A stretch of DNA of 51,868 nt, filler included, from Sphacelaria rigidula (lineage: Eukaryota), in the NCBI GenBank assembly GCA_964200075.2. It is 4 parts of 4 records of this genome, joined end to end, with 100 filler letters (N's around TTAATTAATTAA, not from the genome) between each part and the next. Parts side by side here need not be neighbours in the genome. Positions count along the whole stretch, not along the records: positions 25,987 to 38,879 come from CAXNAA020003330.1; 3 more parts are not named here. The stretch is one strand, 5' to 3'. Each line of letters starts with the position of its first letter. Within the stretch, counting starts at the first letter, position 1. The notes under the pieces are model-generated. The model was not told the DNA's origin. It ran no database searches and saw only the letters and a list, made by a program, of their open reading frames with translations. Of the stretch, positions 26,051 to 38,979 are shown one piece after another. The position numbers and the translations under genes were made by a program.

Positions 26051-26072
26051 ATGGTGTCTGCTCTGTACCTAC

Positions 26073-27389
26073 CTGCACGGAATGGGTGGCAACATGCCCA
26101 TGGAAGCGTTTGCCGCATTTGTATCGATATCTGAAGGATCCACGGGCCCTGCTCCGTGTCCACCGCTGGTCCATCCCCACCCTGTCGACCCTTTTCGGTC
26201 CGTTCCGGTCCCCTTGTGTCCGTGTGTTCCTTGCTGCGAAAAGGAAAGGTCAGCCGGCAAATACGATATATATATATATATATATTGCTTTCCACTTCCC
26301 AAAAAATATATAATTCACCCCAAAAACCCCAACAACTCCCAAACATTAAACAAATTAAATCAAAATTAAATTAAATTTGAATATAGAAAAAAAAAAAAGA
26401 CATCGGATGCGCAAAGCGATGAGGTATGACAAATTATTGTTGGCAGCGGGAGATGGACGAAGGGAATTATGGCTCAAGACGACGGACAGGGAAACACATT
26501 ATGAAGAAGCTAGGAGGGCGTAAATATGTAATACATATATACGAGAACAATTCAGCGAAAACGGTGGGTACGTACAGTGTAGGCATCTTATCGTCCTATG
26601 ACCACAAGGGGATCCATGCGGGAAACATTCATTAGCGGTAATCAATCCAACAATCTAAAGCAACAGTCGTACAGGAATAGAAACGAATGGATGCACGAAT
26701 TATTTCACATTCGCGATTCCACTGCTCATTTCAACAAGTGCGAATCCACTGTTTATTTTAACAAGCCGCTGAATGGACAAACGGAAGAAGGAATCATTTG
26801 ATTCCCGGGCATACCTTTTGGTGAATCATCATCTGATCGACATCCTTCACGACTTCCAGACGACTGACAACATCACTCAGCGGCCAGCGCCACTTCCTAT
26901 ACTGTACAAACCTTGGAAACTTACCAAAAATCTTTGCAAGATGGGTCTTGACACATTAAATTCAGACACCAGCGCAAATTTAACTTATTTCAACACCAAG
27001 CAAACACGTAATTTCCACCCCTGTCTGGAGTAAACAACGCCCTTGCTTCTGCGGACAAATAGGCTCATGTTACCAATAACACGTTGTACTACTTACCCAA
27101 ATGGGGGATAATCACTTACCCGGAAGTGTTGGAATATGATGGAACGAAGGTTAGGATCTGTATCAATGGCAACCGATGGACCCAGGGTGCACGCCGCAGC
27201 CAGCTCCAGCGCCTGGTACCGCCACACCACAAAATGACAAGTATGTAAACATTCTTGGTTATATTGAATGATGAGGCCACAGCAGGGGAAGCAACACAGC
27301 GCTCACGATGACAACGAAACACCGGCAACGATCAAAGCAAGAGCGGGCACGAGACACAAAACACATGACACAAGACACAAGACCCAAGG

Positions 27390-27457
<68 letters not shown>

Positions 27458-30400
27458 ACTCCAGCAAGTTTTTTGAGGCGTACAGCGACAGCAAGAACGA
27501 CAACGACGACAAAGACGAACAGATCTGGATGCCGGGCACAAGAAACACCAAACAGAAAAAAGTCACCTTGCTGGGGTGCACGACGCCCTGTGACAAGTCA
27601 GCGATTGTCACGTGCCTCTGCCCTCCTTCCGACAACGCGTGTGCCCGATAAAGAGCCTGGTAAAAAACAGGGAGCATAACAACACATGGGAGCGTTGGAC
27701 ACTCTCTACGATAACCCGCCCTCCGAAAAGCGGCTGGTTTGCGGAGGCCAAATCTACTTGTAAATCAAAACGAAAAGAGCCGAGCACAACGACCAGCTGG
27801 GAATTCGCACGCTCGCGTTCGTTTTCGCCAGCCAATGCCGCCCATATGAGGCGCTCCATACAGCCTGAAACCAAACATTAGGCGCTGTATGACCATTTTC
27901 TTCGTGACAGCTTTGGGTTATCGTACAAAGACTCGTTACCCCATCACCCAAGCAAGCACTCGCTCCTCATCCGACACCACCTGTAACGTCTTCCCAGCAT
28001 GCCAAAGAACATGAGATCACGAGTCACTATCCGGAGTGAAATAATCAGAGCAATAACAAAGCCTAACCATGCCTTTCCCGGGCAAACTGCGGCAGGGCAA
28101 CCATGCCACCGACGGTCCAGTCTCGTGAAAATACGTGATCCGGATCGTGAGGTGAAACGATATCCTCCAGTAGTGCGGGAGTCTCATGTAGAAACAAAAT
28201 CGAGAGCGTGGGTTCTTCCCATGGCCTCCACTGACAAGCTTCGGTGATACGCTTTGCAACCTTGGGGATTGGAGCAGCGTTTGTGTCTAGCTCGTGGCGA
28301 TCTAGTGCCTTCTAACAACAACAAAAACAGTAACAACAAGGGCAGCACCAAATAGATGCGAGCGGTATTGCAAGGCAACGTACCCGAAAAAAACATGAAA
28401 CGAGAAACCACCGAAAAATATGTGACCGCACATCTACTGATCATGGTCCACTTCAAGCTGAAGGGAAAAAAAACATATACTCAAAACGTGTCCAACACCT
28501 TACAGCTTAATGCACCGTGAGTTACTTTGGTAGTAAATGACCCACTTCTCGACAAGAACTGTGAAAGAAACAAACACGCATGAAAAGCACGTACTAATGA
28601 AAGGAAACAGACAGATGTGCGAGGCATGGAATATCGTAACCAAACATGTGCAGCAAAATACGTGATAAGTACGATCGTTGTGCCACCACTACGAACTGCC
28701 GTGAAACAAGTTAGTCCGCAAGAAGAGCTGTATGCCTCACCACTCTAGGGACACTTCGGGAGTGGAGGAAACACGCGTCAGCGGAGATGAAAACATACAC
28801 ACACACACTCACACACTCACACGGCAAACGGCCGGAACAATGTCTCGTCATCCGTGTTTCTTTAAGCCCAATGAATGTTCCACTACACGACACAACACCA
28901 ATACATTAAATCTCCCACATACCGCAGGGGGGATGTTGCTGCTTCCACCACCACTAGAATCACGGGTCTCGCTCGGGGGAGGACTGTACTCACGGCCGCC
29001 CCTGCCTCTGCCGACGCCTCCCCCAGTGCCGGCTCGCTCTCGAGATGGCGCTGGCTGTCTTCTATGTGAGTTCCGGCTGACACTAGTTTGTTTTCGAGGG
29101 AAAGTCAAAATAGTACAAGACACGACATGAATTTCCATTCCGAGATGGGGAAAAAAAAAGGGAGAGCGCGCTCCTCACGTCCCTAGGTTCAGTACTTCCC
29201 ATCCCCCAAAACAAAATCACGAGAATCAATTCCCGAAACGAACTGCTTGCTAGCTGTATGGTGCCCACATGGAACTATTAACCTGCGTATGCTCCGCACT
29301 ACTGCAGTACAGCCCCGGACCTAGCCTACAACTAGAGCACGAACACTACCCTCCCGGTACCCAGTCTTACATGGGAGCACACAAGCTGGTTCACGGGAAA
29401 AAAAACAAATTCTGTCATCAGCAAATGCCTTCTGCAATACGCACCCAAAAGTCGCATACATGGTATCATACTGACCGCAATGAACATACGAAGAGGTTGA
29501 CATAGCCGTATTTTTTTTCAAGGCTATCGCGGTGGCGCTACAGACAAAAATATATCTCGACCAACCAGCGCCTTTCAAACTGTTCCGAAATTGAAAATAC
29601 GAATTCCAAGCCCAATTTTCACCGAATCATCACATGCTTCAAATCGTAGTGACCGCCATCACCTCAAGAATCTAACGGGAGAAACGGATTTGAAAACGAT
29701 TACAACGGGGTCGAATCATACCCGAAACCATAATGTTTCGATGATGTGGAGTTTGACGTATTCTAATTTCCACTCATGATACGCAGGAAAGACCCAGGGA
29801 GCCTCGTGACGATTTCCCTTATATCTGTTGTAGAAAAGCTCAGATCATTCTCAAACTTGGCAGTTCCGAAGATACTGATGCTCCAAATGGGAAAATTGTA
29901 TTCTTAGAAAAGGTTCAAAGTTTCTCCGCTCTCTAACGGCTTCCGGGGGTCCCAGTACAAAGATCCCCGAAAGGCGGTACAGAATGACTCGAAAGAAAAA
30001 ATAATGACATGATGCGTCCCAGGATGGTCCAAGGAACACATGTACAACTTTTGGTGATGAAACTGGACAATCTCATACAGTTTTTGCTGCCTTGACGTGA
30101 AATTCACCCTAACAGATGTTTTCATATTCAAACCAAGTAGTTAGGAGTTTGCACGTTTCAAGCCCACATCCTCGCACACACGCTCAAATCTTCACATTTA
30201 TCAGGAGTTAGACCCTGAAACTCTGAACAAATATGCTATGAGTCATTACGCAAGTTTCGATCAACGATTTTTTTCTAATTCTTGATTTCTTTACCGTTTT
30301 TCGGGGGTCCGACGGGATCCAAGTCGTTTTTTGAAGTCATCCATTCTGGGATCCCCGGAAACCGGCACTGTAGTATCTTTTTTCATTTTTTTCGCAAACG

Positions 30401-33400
30401 CCCTGCCAACGCAAAACCCAAGGAAGAACCCCACAAGGTTTCGTGGCCAAACTCAATTAACTGGTGCTTAAATTTTCATGTTCCACGTCGAAAAAACTCG
30501 AAAACGCAATTTTCATACTAAAATCTACTAGTTTGCCGTTTCACCGTGGCACGGCAAGGTTCATCACACAAACGCGAAAACTCTCACGCCGTTTTAAGGA
30601 GTTAGACCCTGAAATTTTGCACAGGTGTGCTATGGGTCATTACGCAACTTTGTATGAACGAGTTTTTTTTTCACCGTTCAACGCGGGTCCGACTGGATCA
30701 AAGTTTTCCCGACAAAACTGGGAGCCCGGAAAAACGGTGAAAAAAGTCGAAAAGTCAGTAAACCTCGTCCTTGCAAAGTTGCGTAATGACCCATGAAACA
30801 CCTGCGCAAAATTTCAGGGTCGAACTCCTCAAAACGGCGTGAACTTTTGCCGATGAGTGTATTTGGGGGTTTTTCCGTGAACCAGCCTGTAGTGTTTCTT
30901 CAATCCTTTGTGAAGCTCAACACTACTGCTTCAAATCCAAAACCACGCTAATCATGCGTTCAAGAAAGTGTTATGCTACGTCCGGGCTATTTGTATTTGT
31001 ACCTTACCGTCTTTAGGCATATGCTGGAAACACCATGCATGGCACATGTCACAAAAAAAGGGGGGAAGAAAGATATGGTCGATTGCAAATAAAATTCCAA
31101 GTATCAGCTGTACAATGGAAGAAGGACCACAGAAATTTGACCAATATGTAGCGATCCGTCAGAACACGTATATACAATTACATTGTACATGTGCAGACAC
31201 ACACATCATCTTCAACTTCTTCGTTTCCTTAAAACCATTCTTCCTTCGAATTGCGTGCGAGAGCAGCCAAGAAAACTATTTCGTTTAGTACGCCCCCCAT
31301 TCACCTTTCGAGCACAGACGTGTAGGCGCCGATGAGAAAGGGCTCCTTCGCATCTACAGCTTGCCTCAGCACGTGCTGACAGGACATGGGCAGAAGCGGC
31401 ACATACAGGTGCTGCCATTGCAGTGGTTTCATGAGACGCAGCAAACCGCTCGCTGACAAACGGGCGCGGGTCGGGCGAGGAGCGGGAGACGGGGGGCATA
31501 TGGTTCGACACCAAGTGCAAAAAGTCGCACAATATCAGTTATGAGCAGACTGAACGATGACCGCGCATATGCCTACATCCAGCAGAGGAAAGCAGTACGC
31601 AGCACATGGCGACATGCTCTTATGTGAGACAAGAGACAAAAACACTGAACACCTGCCGAGCTCAGATCCTCTGTTGAGCAGAGACGCCGGGTTGACGATT
31701 CTGAAAAACTAGCAGATGTTGTGGCACAGTGTGCATAGCATGGCACCAATTCTTTAGGGCGGTTCCATCATTTTTCAAAACAAAGTAATCAGCAATACCC
31801 TCCAATCGTTTTCCCAGCCATTTCTTTTTTGCGCCAGATATCCGTGAGCGAACTACTCCGAATAGTACAGCTTGGATTAAACGGCAATCATCCATCAAGC
31901 AGCGGAGCCGCGATAACACAGGTAGGCGAGAGCAACTGGCCGCTGACGATGTCGCATAGACACACACAAGTTCGTTCGTTCACAAGCGAGCGTACTGCTC
32001 ACCACGCGCAATCTACTGTAGCACCCTGGTCCATACGGTAATCTCGTAGCAACGCCCCGACGACATCAAACAGAGACTAACTCCCCCCCCCCCGAGCCTG
32101 GCCCGGCGAAATCCCGGCGTGTTCCGTCTCGGCTTTGTAGGGGCGAACCCCTGATGGGGTTGGCGTCCGTTGGCAATGACGCTGTAAAACACGCCACTCA
32201 CTACGTAAGATAGGCAACCAGGTTACCGGGGTTTATCGTGCGCTTGCGTTTTTCTTGTGGTTACCATGATGGTAGAGCTAGATCATTTTGTGCGGGGTGG
32301 GATAACCTCAATTCCGTGCTACGTAGTGTGCAAATGGTGAAACACCCATGAGGCAGTGCGTAGGCCGTGGCTTTCCCTGGAAGTGGCGATACCAGACAAT
32401 AAAGCAACTCATTGTTGGCTGTAATCCAAATGCAAGATAATCAGTACGCTTTGGGCCAAGCAATCCAAGTGGGATCCAGCTCACCCTCGATGCGAGTCAT
32501 GGAGCACATCACGGCGCTTCGCGCTTGATGATTGATTGCGAGCCTGGTCCGGCGAAAACCCGGCGTGCTCCGTCCGGGCTTTGTAGGGATGCGGGGTCAA
32601 TGGTCACAGGACTAGCACGCAAGATCATGACTACACCCCCCCACACACCCAGCTGCAAAACGTGTACATGTGGTACCTTCAAAAATATTTTCTCACCTAC
32701 ATACGCAGCTTCATAATAAGGATGCCGGGTGAACAAATCAACGCAGACATCCAACATAGAACCAACTCACGGCACAAAAATGGTGGAGCCGCAGGTCGCT
32801 GGATTTTGACGCCACAATACTGTTGTGCACCAGATTGCGTATGAAACATATCTTCAAGCAGGGAGCGGGCTAATCGGTCAACAGAGTCGCCGTCTTGTTC
32901 GGCTATAAAGCAGCAGACGGCCTAACAATGATGGGGTGTGGTCCGCATCGACTGAAATTCCCAAGATTGTGCTCTGTATAGATGGGTATAGATAGGGTAT
33001 GCCCGGTAGTGGGGGATTCCTGATGGGCATACCAAGCCATACCGGAAAACATGCCGGATATTCCGGCATGATTCGGCAGGGTATCTATCGAGCCCTGACC
33101 CCAACACTCCGTTGGGGTTCGGAAGGATATTTACCGATGAAATGTCTTGTTTATACTGTGAATAGTGTAAATACCCGTTTTTTTGCCGGTACACCCTGCA
33201 GAACACAACTTTGGTTATTTCAGCGCTAGCAAGGCGTTGCCGTCACAGGCCACGCAGTCAAACAAGAACAGAAACGTGAGGTACCATCAATAACGTAGGT
33301 AGGCGTGTGTATGAACCACGATTCAAATCACACATCTCGTGGGGAGGAGGGAAAAGGGCTGATGAACGTCGGCGCAAGAAATTCATTCATCAGATCATAC

Positions 33401-35575
33401 GTGCCATTGCTGTATTGATGAAAGTTGTCCACATGATTTTTGTGGAACCGCGGTACGTCTCCAAGAGAAGAATCACAAGACGTAGCGATTGTCGATACAT
33501 GAAATACAGCCCTCCGCCTCCCCACTCCCCCCCTCCCTTCCTTCCCTTCGGGTTGTGAGAATGCTTAAAAACGTTATTTACCGGCGTGCATGAGGAGTTC
33601 GTCGCTTCCAGGATCTGCCACCAGCAAGACCGGTTGTTCCATCAGCAACGCCGTCACCAAAAACAGCGCAAACTGAGGAGTCAGGCGCTCCACCAAAACT
33701 GACCAATCAGAAGGAGAAACGGGGCGAGATGGCATAGATGAGCAAACACACACGAATAAACGTTTCCCCGACAAGAATAGGAAAGAAAGGCCAAAAAAAC
33801 GTACTTAACGAACATTACTACAGTAGAAGGGATGCTTGCCGGGCGTGGCGAGTCCAGACGAAATCTTATCAACATGTAACCCGCACCACGTCCTCAAATT
33901 CCTCATACTCTTCACGTGTGGCGATACCAACACTTGAAGCATACCACCTGCACTCCGTTTCGAAAAAATGGATATAACCGCAGATAAGCGTCCAGCCCCC
34001 AAGCTCTCAGAGTTGGGGTCAAGTCCGTCTCTTACCTCTCTATCTCTCTCCTCCTTGACCCATAATAACAAATGAAATAATACGGTCCCTCTACTTCCTC
34101 CCCCCGCCCAACCAACCGATCGACTCACTTCCATCAAATGCCATCCCTCGCGCACCTGTCACACACGTATCCCTCGAAACAAACGTCTTGTCCGGCCCTG
34201 GCACCAACGGCAGGCTCGCATCGGGCATCCCGGATACGATGTCCGTCAACACGGGATCTCTACCACCGGCAAGGGCGGCAGCAGTGGCAGCAGCCTGCGG
34301 CCCGAACATCCCGCCGCTGCCTCCGCCGCCGCCGCCGGCCGCCTGCGCCGCCGCCGCTTGCGCCGCCGCTGCCCAATTACTCATGTGCTTGGGCACTCCG
34401 CCGAGGGTCCAACCGGTGTGCAGCGGGATGGGGCCCGTTCCCCCGTCTGGTCGAATGTTGAGTTGCTTGAAAGGTGGGGGTAAGATTGGGGTCGGGTAGC
34501 CTTGCACCGGGAGCACTTCACGGTCTCCCGTGAACGGGCTGTAGTAGAGGTAGCTCCTGATTTGTTCAGTGAAGGCGGTGGGGGTGGTGGTGGTGGATGG
34601 GTGGAATACAATATGGATGGTAGGAGCTGTGGGTTTCATACACCATGCGTGTATGCCCGTGTGCCCGCGCACGCAAAGAGAGGAGATTGGAATTTTGGTC
34701 TACGTGAGCCGAACATCATAACTAGCATGCATGCGTCACCCTAGCTATAAAGACGAGAACACATCAACGTACGAATTAATCAAGAGTATAAAATATAGGA
34801 CAGGCTCGATACAAATGCACAGCGGAGAGTGGGTGGGATTCGTCTGGAGTTAAGCCTATCAATAGTTCAGCCATTTTTGGCGGGGTGAAGGGTTGGTCAT
34901 TGAGGCTGACTGAAACCAGCAGTGTGCACTACCTCTGGGAAATTATGATTTCAGGTGCCGTGGATAATAGCATCGAGCAAACAACGCGGGAAACACACAC
35001 AAGTAAGGTCCATTCAGAACCTTTTTGAACACGCGACAAAAAAAAGCACCAAGTTTGAAACACACATATTGTGCACGAACGAGATGCTACAGTACGTAAG
35101 GTGATGACTGCAGTGTTCTGGCGCTTTTTCTTGGGATACTCGGTGACGTTCACTCGACATCGCTGGATGGGCGATGCAACACCTCATGTAAAGCCAGGGT
35201 GGTGTTTCTTTATCGACTATCGAATGTTATTCAACTGGTCCTATATCCCGGTTAAACAAGCTATCCGCAGAAGTAACTCACCTGTCCATATACAACAAGA
35301 TGTGGAAGTGTGGGGGGAAGGGATGACGTGACTGCAAGATTTTTCGCAGGTATTCTTCATTCGCCAGAGTCCCCACGCCGGCGTTGCCGTTTCCACCGAC
35401 ACTAGGAAACGCGCCGGGACCTCCGAGTGCGCTGGCTGCGCTTCCTACGGAGCGGTGTTGGCTCCTGAAGCTCGATCTTTGATGAGGCCACGTGTGGGTT
35501 AGGGTTAACGGCTTTGCCCGCCTCAAGTCCTGCTCCCCATCACCAAAGATATATATATATGTATATTATCATCGA

Positions 35576-35607
<32 letters not shown>

Positions 35608-36682
35608 TCAATCAACGCAGGCGCCATCGCCGTCGCCGAGGCTATCGGTGGCGTCATCATCAACGTCAACACCGACAGCAAGCAAGTATGTAAGGCAACG
35701 AATCCTAGGGTGGCCTTGCTGCATGGATCAGCGTTGCCTCATGCCGCATAACTGCCATATACGCCAAAACTACGAAATATGTGGCGGCCAACACGGACTA
35801 GGCAAGGATCATCCACAATGACCATGAATACTGCGTCTATGTTGCGGGCATCCCGAGAACCCCGACTGCTATCTAAAACTCATTGAGCTCACCCGCAAGT
35901 TTTGGCTTGGTGAAGCATGCGACCGCCCTCCGCCCCCTCCCGGGTTGTCCTCTTCCAGACCGTCCATATCTTCGTCATACATCAGCCACGACTTCGTCGA
36001 CCTGTGATACACAAAACGGGGAACAGGTGGGCACGACGAGCATCTCATCGACATCTTTTTTCACTACTTCCAGTGCTGCAGAGTGAAGAACGTGCGGCGC
36101 CACACAAAATAGCCACAACAACAAAAGCAGAGACGAGCATGACCGACACTTGTGTGTGTGCCGTTACACAGACACACACGCTCATCATCCTGTTCTTCCA
36201 CAAGAAAGGAGCGAGCGAGAAAGCCACCCCTACGGGGCGAAGAGGGAAAGGGGTGGGGGGCAGAGAAGGATCACACCTATCGCTATCCACTTTTGGGTTG
36301 CAATAATTTTTCAAGCCCAGGCGAGTAATGCCGCGATAGTCCCCCCCCCCCCCCCCGCCCCCCCTACACCCACACACACAGCGCTCTGTCTCGAAAGGGA
36401 TGCGTGATCAGTGGTCAAACGACTAAGGCAAGCAAAAATTGAGTACGCCTCCCACACACACACGAAACAAAAACAGCCCCAAAATTATCACAGAAAAAAG
36501 AATCATAACAGCACATGCTCGCTGGTTTCAGACTGTGTGAGCCCCTCCTATGGGCGACGTCGGGGAAAGCGATCCCATGCATGGGAGCTACTCGGTGTGC
36601 TGCAGATTTTGCACGCAGACTTTGCCTCCCCAAACCAGCCGGGTGGGGGGTGGGGGGATACCGCGGCAACAATAATATCAGC

Positions 36683-36726
<44 letters not shown>

Positions 36727-38742
36727 TAAAAACCCACCTCCAGCTGGCAGGCGAAGCAAATGAAGACAGCACGGATCCGGGGGGCGGTCCTGTGCGCGCG
36801 TACGTAGGAGAGAGAGCCTGCGGACTCCCCCTCCCTCCTCCACCCCCACTAGGACCCCCTAGAGCCGACAGAGCGAACTCGGAAATAATCGGCCCCCTGC
36901 TCTCACCATCACCGCTACCGCCACCCCGCCCTCCGACAGCAGGCTGAACTCCCCAACCGCTGTCGCGGCGCACCGATCGACTAGTGCCGCCACCGCGAGG
37001 GTCGCGACAGTTGCTATCGGCGGCGGCGGAGGGGGGCGCGCGGCCACTGCCAGGATGTTCCGCGAAGGCTGTCGTCATGTCTACGAAGCTAGACGGGCGA
37101 GAGGGATGTTGAACAAGGCTTCCTCTGCTTCCCGGTGCTGTGTGTGTGCACGTGCGTGCATAGAAAGTGAGCAGCCAGGTGGGTTCGAAAAGCGCTCAGG
37201 TTTAACACATGGCCGGACACACACAGACATCTTCTTCACAAAGAGCGAGGCAACCGCTTTTGAAAGGACTATTTCTATTTACTAATTGTACGAGGTGAGG
37301 GAAACCATTCGCAGCCTCCCAGCTGTCTGACTGCGGAGGTGAGGTTGCACGTAACACAACAAGGGCAGCCGCGGAGGTAATGCTCATCCTCCTTCTCTCC
37401 ACTACTCAAAAAAACCCAAAAGCAGCAATCCTGCAGCGCAACAGTAGCTAGTGTGTCTGTACTCCCGCATGCGCTGGAAGAGGAGTAAAAACACAAGAAC
37501 ACGCTCAAACTCAGGTGTCAAACTCGAGCAAGGTCACCGAGAGTCACCGAGAGAACTTACCAGAGCTCAAGCCAGGAAGGTCGGCCCGACTGGACCATAA
37601 ATTGGTGGGTATGGGACGCCCCATTTGCCGTCCCAGCTCCACTACGCGCTGCATAGCCGCCAGGTTCTCCTGGTGCAGATCGTGCAACGTTAGAGCCCCC
37701 ACGGTGTAGCTTTCGATGCAAAAAGATGTCGCGCATGGCAACAACCGTACGGCAAAGCCACGGGGTCGAGGGGTCGAGGGCACATTAAGTACAGGAACAA
37801 TGTTGGGGAACGACGAGTTAGGTGTTCCTGCTATCCCTGCCATACCTGCTGTTGCCGGTGTCGCCGCTCACCACTACAACAGACGACACTGACGGCGCCA
37901 AAACGAACGTGCTGAAAGGGGGGAGAGCATGTGCTCGGGAAAAAGTGAACATACAGTCTGCAACACTATTTTGTCCTCGAAGCAAAGTGCGAGGATGCGA
38001 GCAGCGAAAAGCACTCTCGACGAGAGCCGACGCAATGCAAAAGTCATGATTCAATCCACGATATGGCAAAATCTCAGTCAGGTACCGTACGGGGGGAAGA
38101 GATAGATCGACATCTTGTTAACACCAACTCATCCCGAGGAAGTGGAGGGTTTGAAAAGTACTCTTCGACACGGGAAAGTTGCACGGTGTCTGCCCTGTTT
38201 CTGAAGGCAAAACTAGCCGCTAGATCAAGAGCACAAAGAAGAAAGTTACAGTCGAATCAAAACCCTAACCCTAACCGCGCGCAAAAACGCAATCCTTCAC
38301 CTTTTTCGACGCGTCTTGAAGCTGCAGAAGCACGTCCACAGGGCACGCCTGTCTCCCCCCATGCCAGGCTCTAACCCAGCGGTGAGCCCACGCCCGTAAC
38401 CCGCCTGCGCAGGTGTAATGCCACCAACCGACCCGGCCCCCACCCACCCTCGCGGCCACCCCGTCCCACCTAGGGCGACCGCTCCCCACCCACCACCGCC
38501 GCCACCGTAGGCAACGGGGTAGCTGCCGCCACCACTTGCGCTACTGCCTGCCCCACCCCCAACCCCATTTACAGACATGCCTCCTACGGTGGAGACACTG
38601 TTGCCGACGCTGCCGGGCATGTTTGAACTGCCAGACACAGTGGATGTTTCACCGGTGTAGGGTAAGTCGGGGACAGCCCAGGATTGATTGTTTTCGCCCC
38701 GGTCTCCCCTATTGTTGCGCCCCGCGGGATAGTGTGACTTGC
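26073..38742 (-). CDS. DENN-domain protein (Rab GEF family); internal exons only, both ends lie outside the contig
   Basis: Phase-consistent exons 38349-38742, 37846-37911, 37561-37709, 36738-37080, 35893-36001, 35282-35529, 34156-34556, 33582-33737, 31305-31452, 28923-29076, 27567-27656, 27120-27212 and 26073-26233. Core DENN motifs FLVTALLMEQPVLLV, LLRLMKPLQWQHLYVPLLP...EPFLIG and HVTIADLSQGVV. Confidence 0.88.
27391..27456. repeat. (CA)n microsatellite, intronic
   Basis: Seen directly in the sequence. Confidence 0.95.
29950..30850. repeat. Interspersed non-coding repeat with an internal duplication and ~70-bp inverted arms (intronic copy)
   Basis: Homologous to 49480-50720. Motif GGAGTTAGACCCTG occurs twice. 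Arms 30584-30652 and 30774-30842 are inverted. Confidence 0.85.
31305..31452 (-). CDS. DENN core exon (absent from the ORF track in this frame)
   Basis: SGLLRLMKPLQWQHLYVPLLPMSCQHVLRQAVDAKEPFLIGAYTSVLE, with canonical AG and GT boundaries. Confidence 0.9.
32090..32600 (+). mobile_element. Intronic ~500-bp retroelement-like fragment bounded by ~55-bp direct repeats
   Basis: cgagcctggYccggcgaaaWcccggcgtgYtccgtc..ggctttgtaggg at ~32093-32143 and ~32539-32588. Confidence 0.5.
35576..35602. repeat. (CAG)n microsatellite, intronic
   Basis: Seen directly in the sequence. Confidence 0.9.
36684..36724. repeat. (AAC)n microsatellite, intronic
   Basis: Seen directly in the sequence. Confidence 0.9.
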
Positions 38743-38879
38743 CTGTTTTCGTCAGTATATATATATATGTATGTATATGGGGGGGGGAGAGGGGGGGGGG
38801 GGGAGGGAGGGGGGGGCGGGGGGGGGGGTGTGGGGGGGGGTAAAAAAATTTTGAGACCTGCAAAGGGGGTTAATGTGGG

Positions 38880-38979
38880 NNNNNNNNNNNNNNNNNNNNN
38901 NNNNNNNNNNNNNNNNNNNNNNNTTAATTAATTAANNNNNNNNNNNNNNNNNNNNNNNNNNNNNNNNNNNNNNNNNNNN
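38880..38979. other. Artificial contig linker
   Basis: Same N44-TTAATTAATTAA-N44 spacer. Confidence 0.98.

Noticed and set aside
27259..27679. ORFs with poly-HT or poly-CV tracts, and similar poly-G/P/Q/N ORFs elsewhere
   Set aside because: They are translations of microsatellites and homopolymers; only 27567-27656 is a real exon here.
32993..33198. hAT-like MITE (TAGGGTATG...TACACCCTG with CCGG repeats)
   Set aside because: Plausible, but no target-site duplication was found and the inverted repeat is weak.
35496..35508. Telomeric repeat gggttagggttaa
   Set aside because: It lies inside a DENN exon (codons for LTLT); coincidental.
37280..37401. Extra DENN exon VERRRMSITS...
   Set aside because: Its donor phases do not fit, and the flanking exons splice in frame without it.
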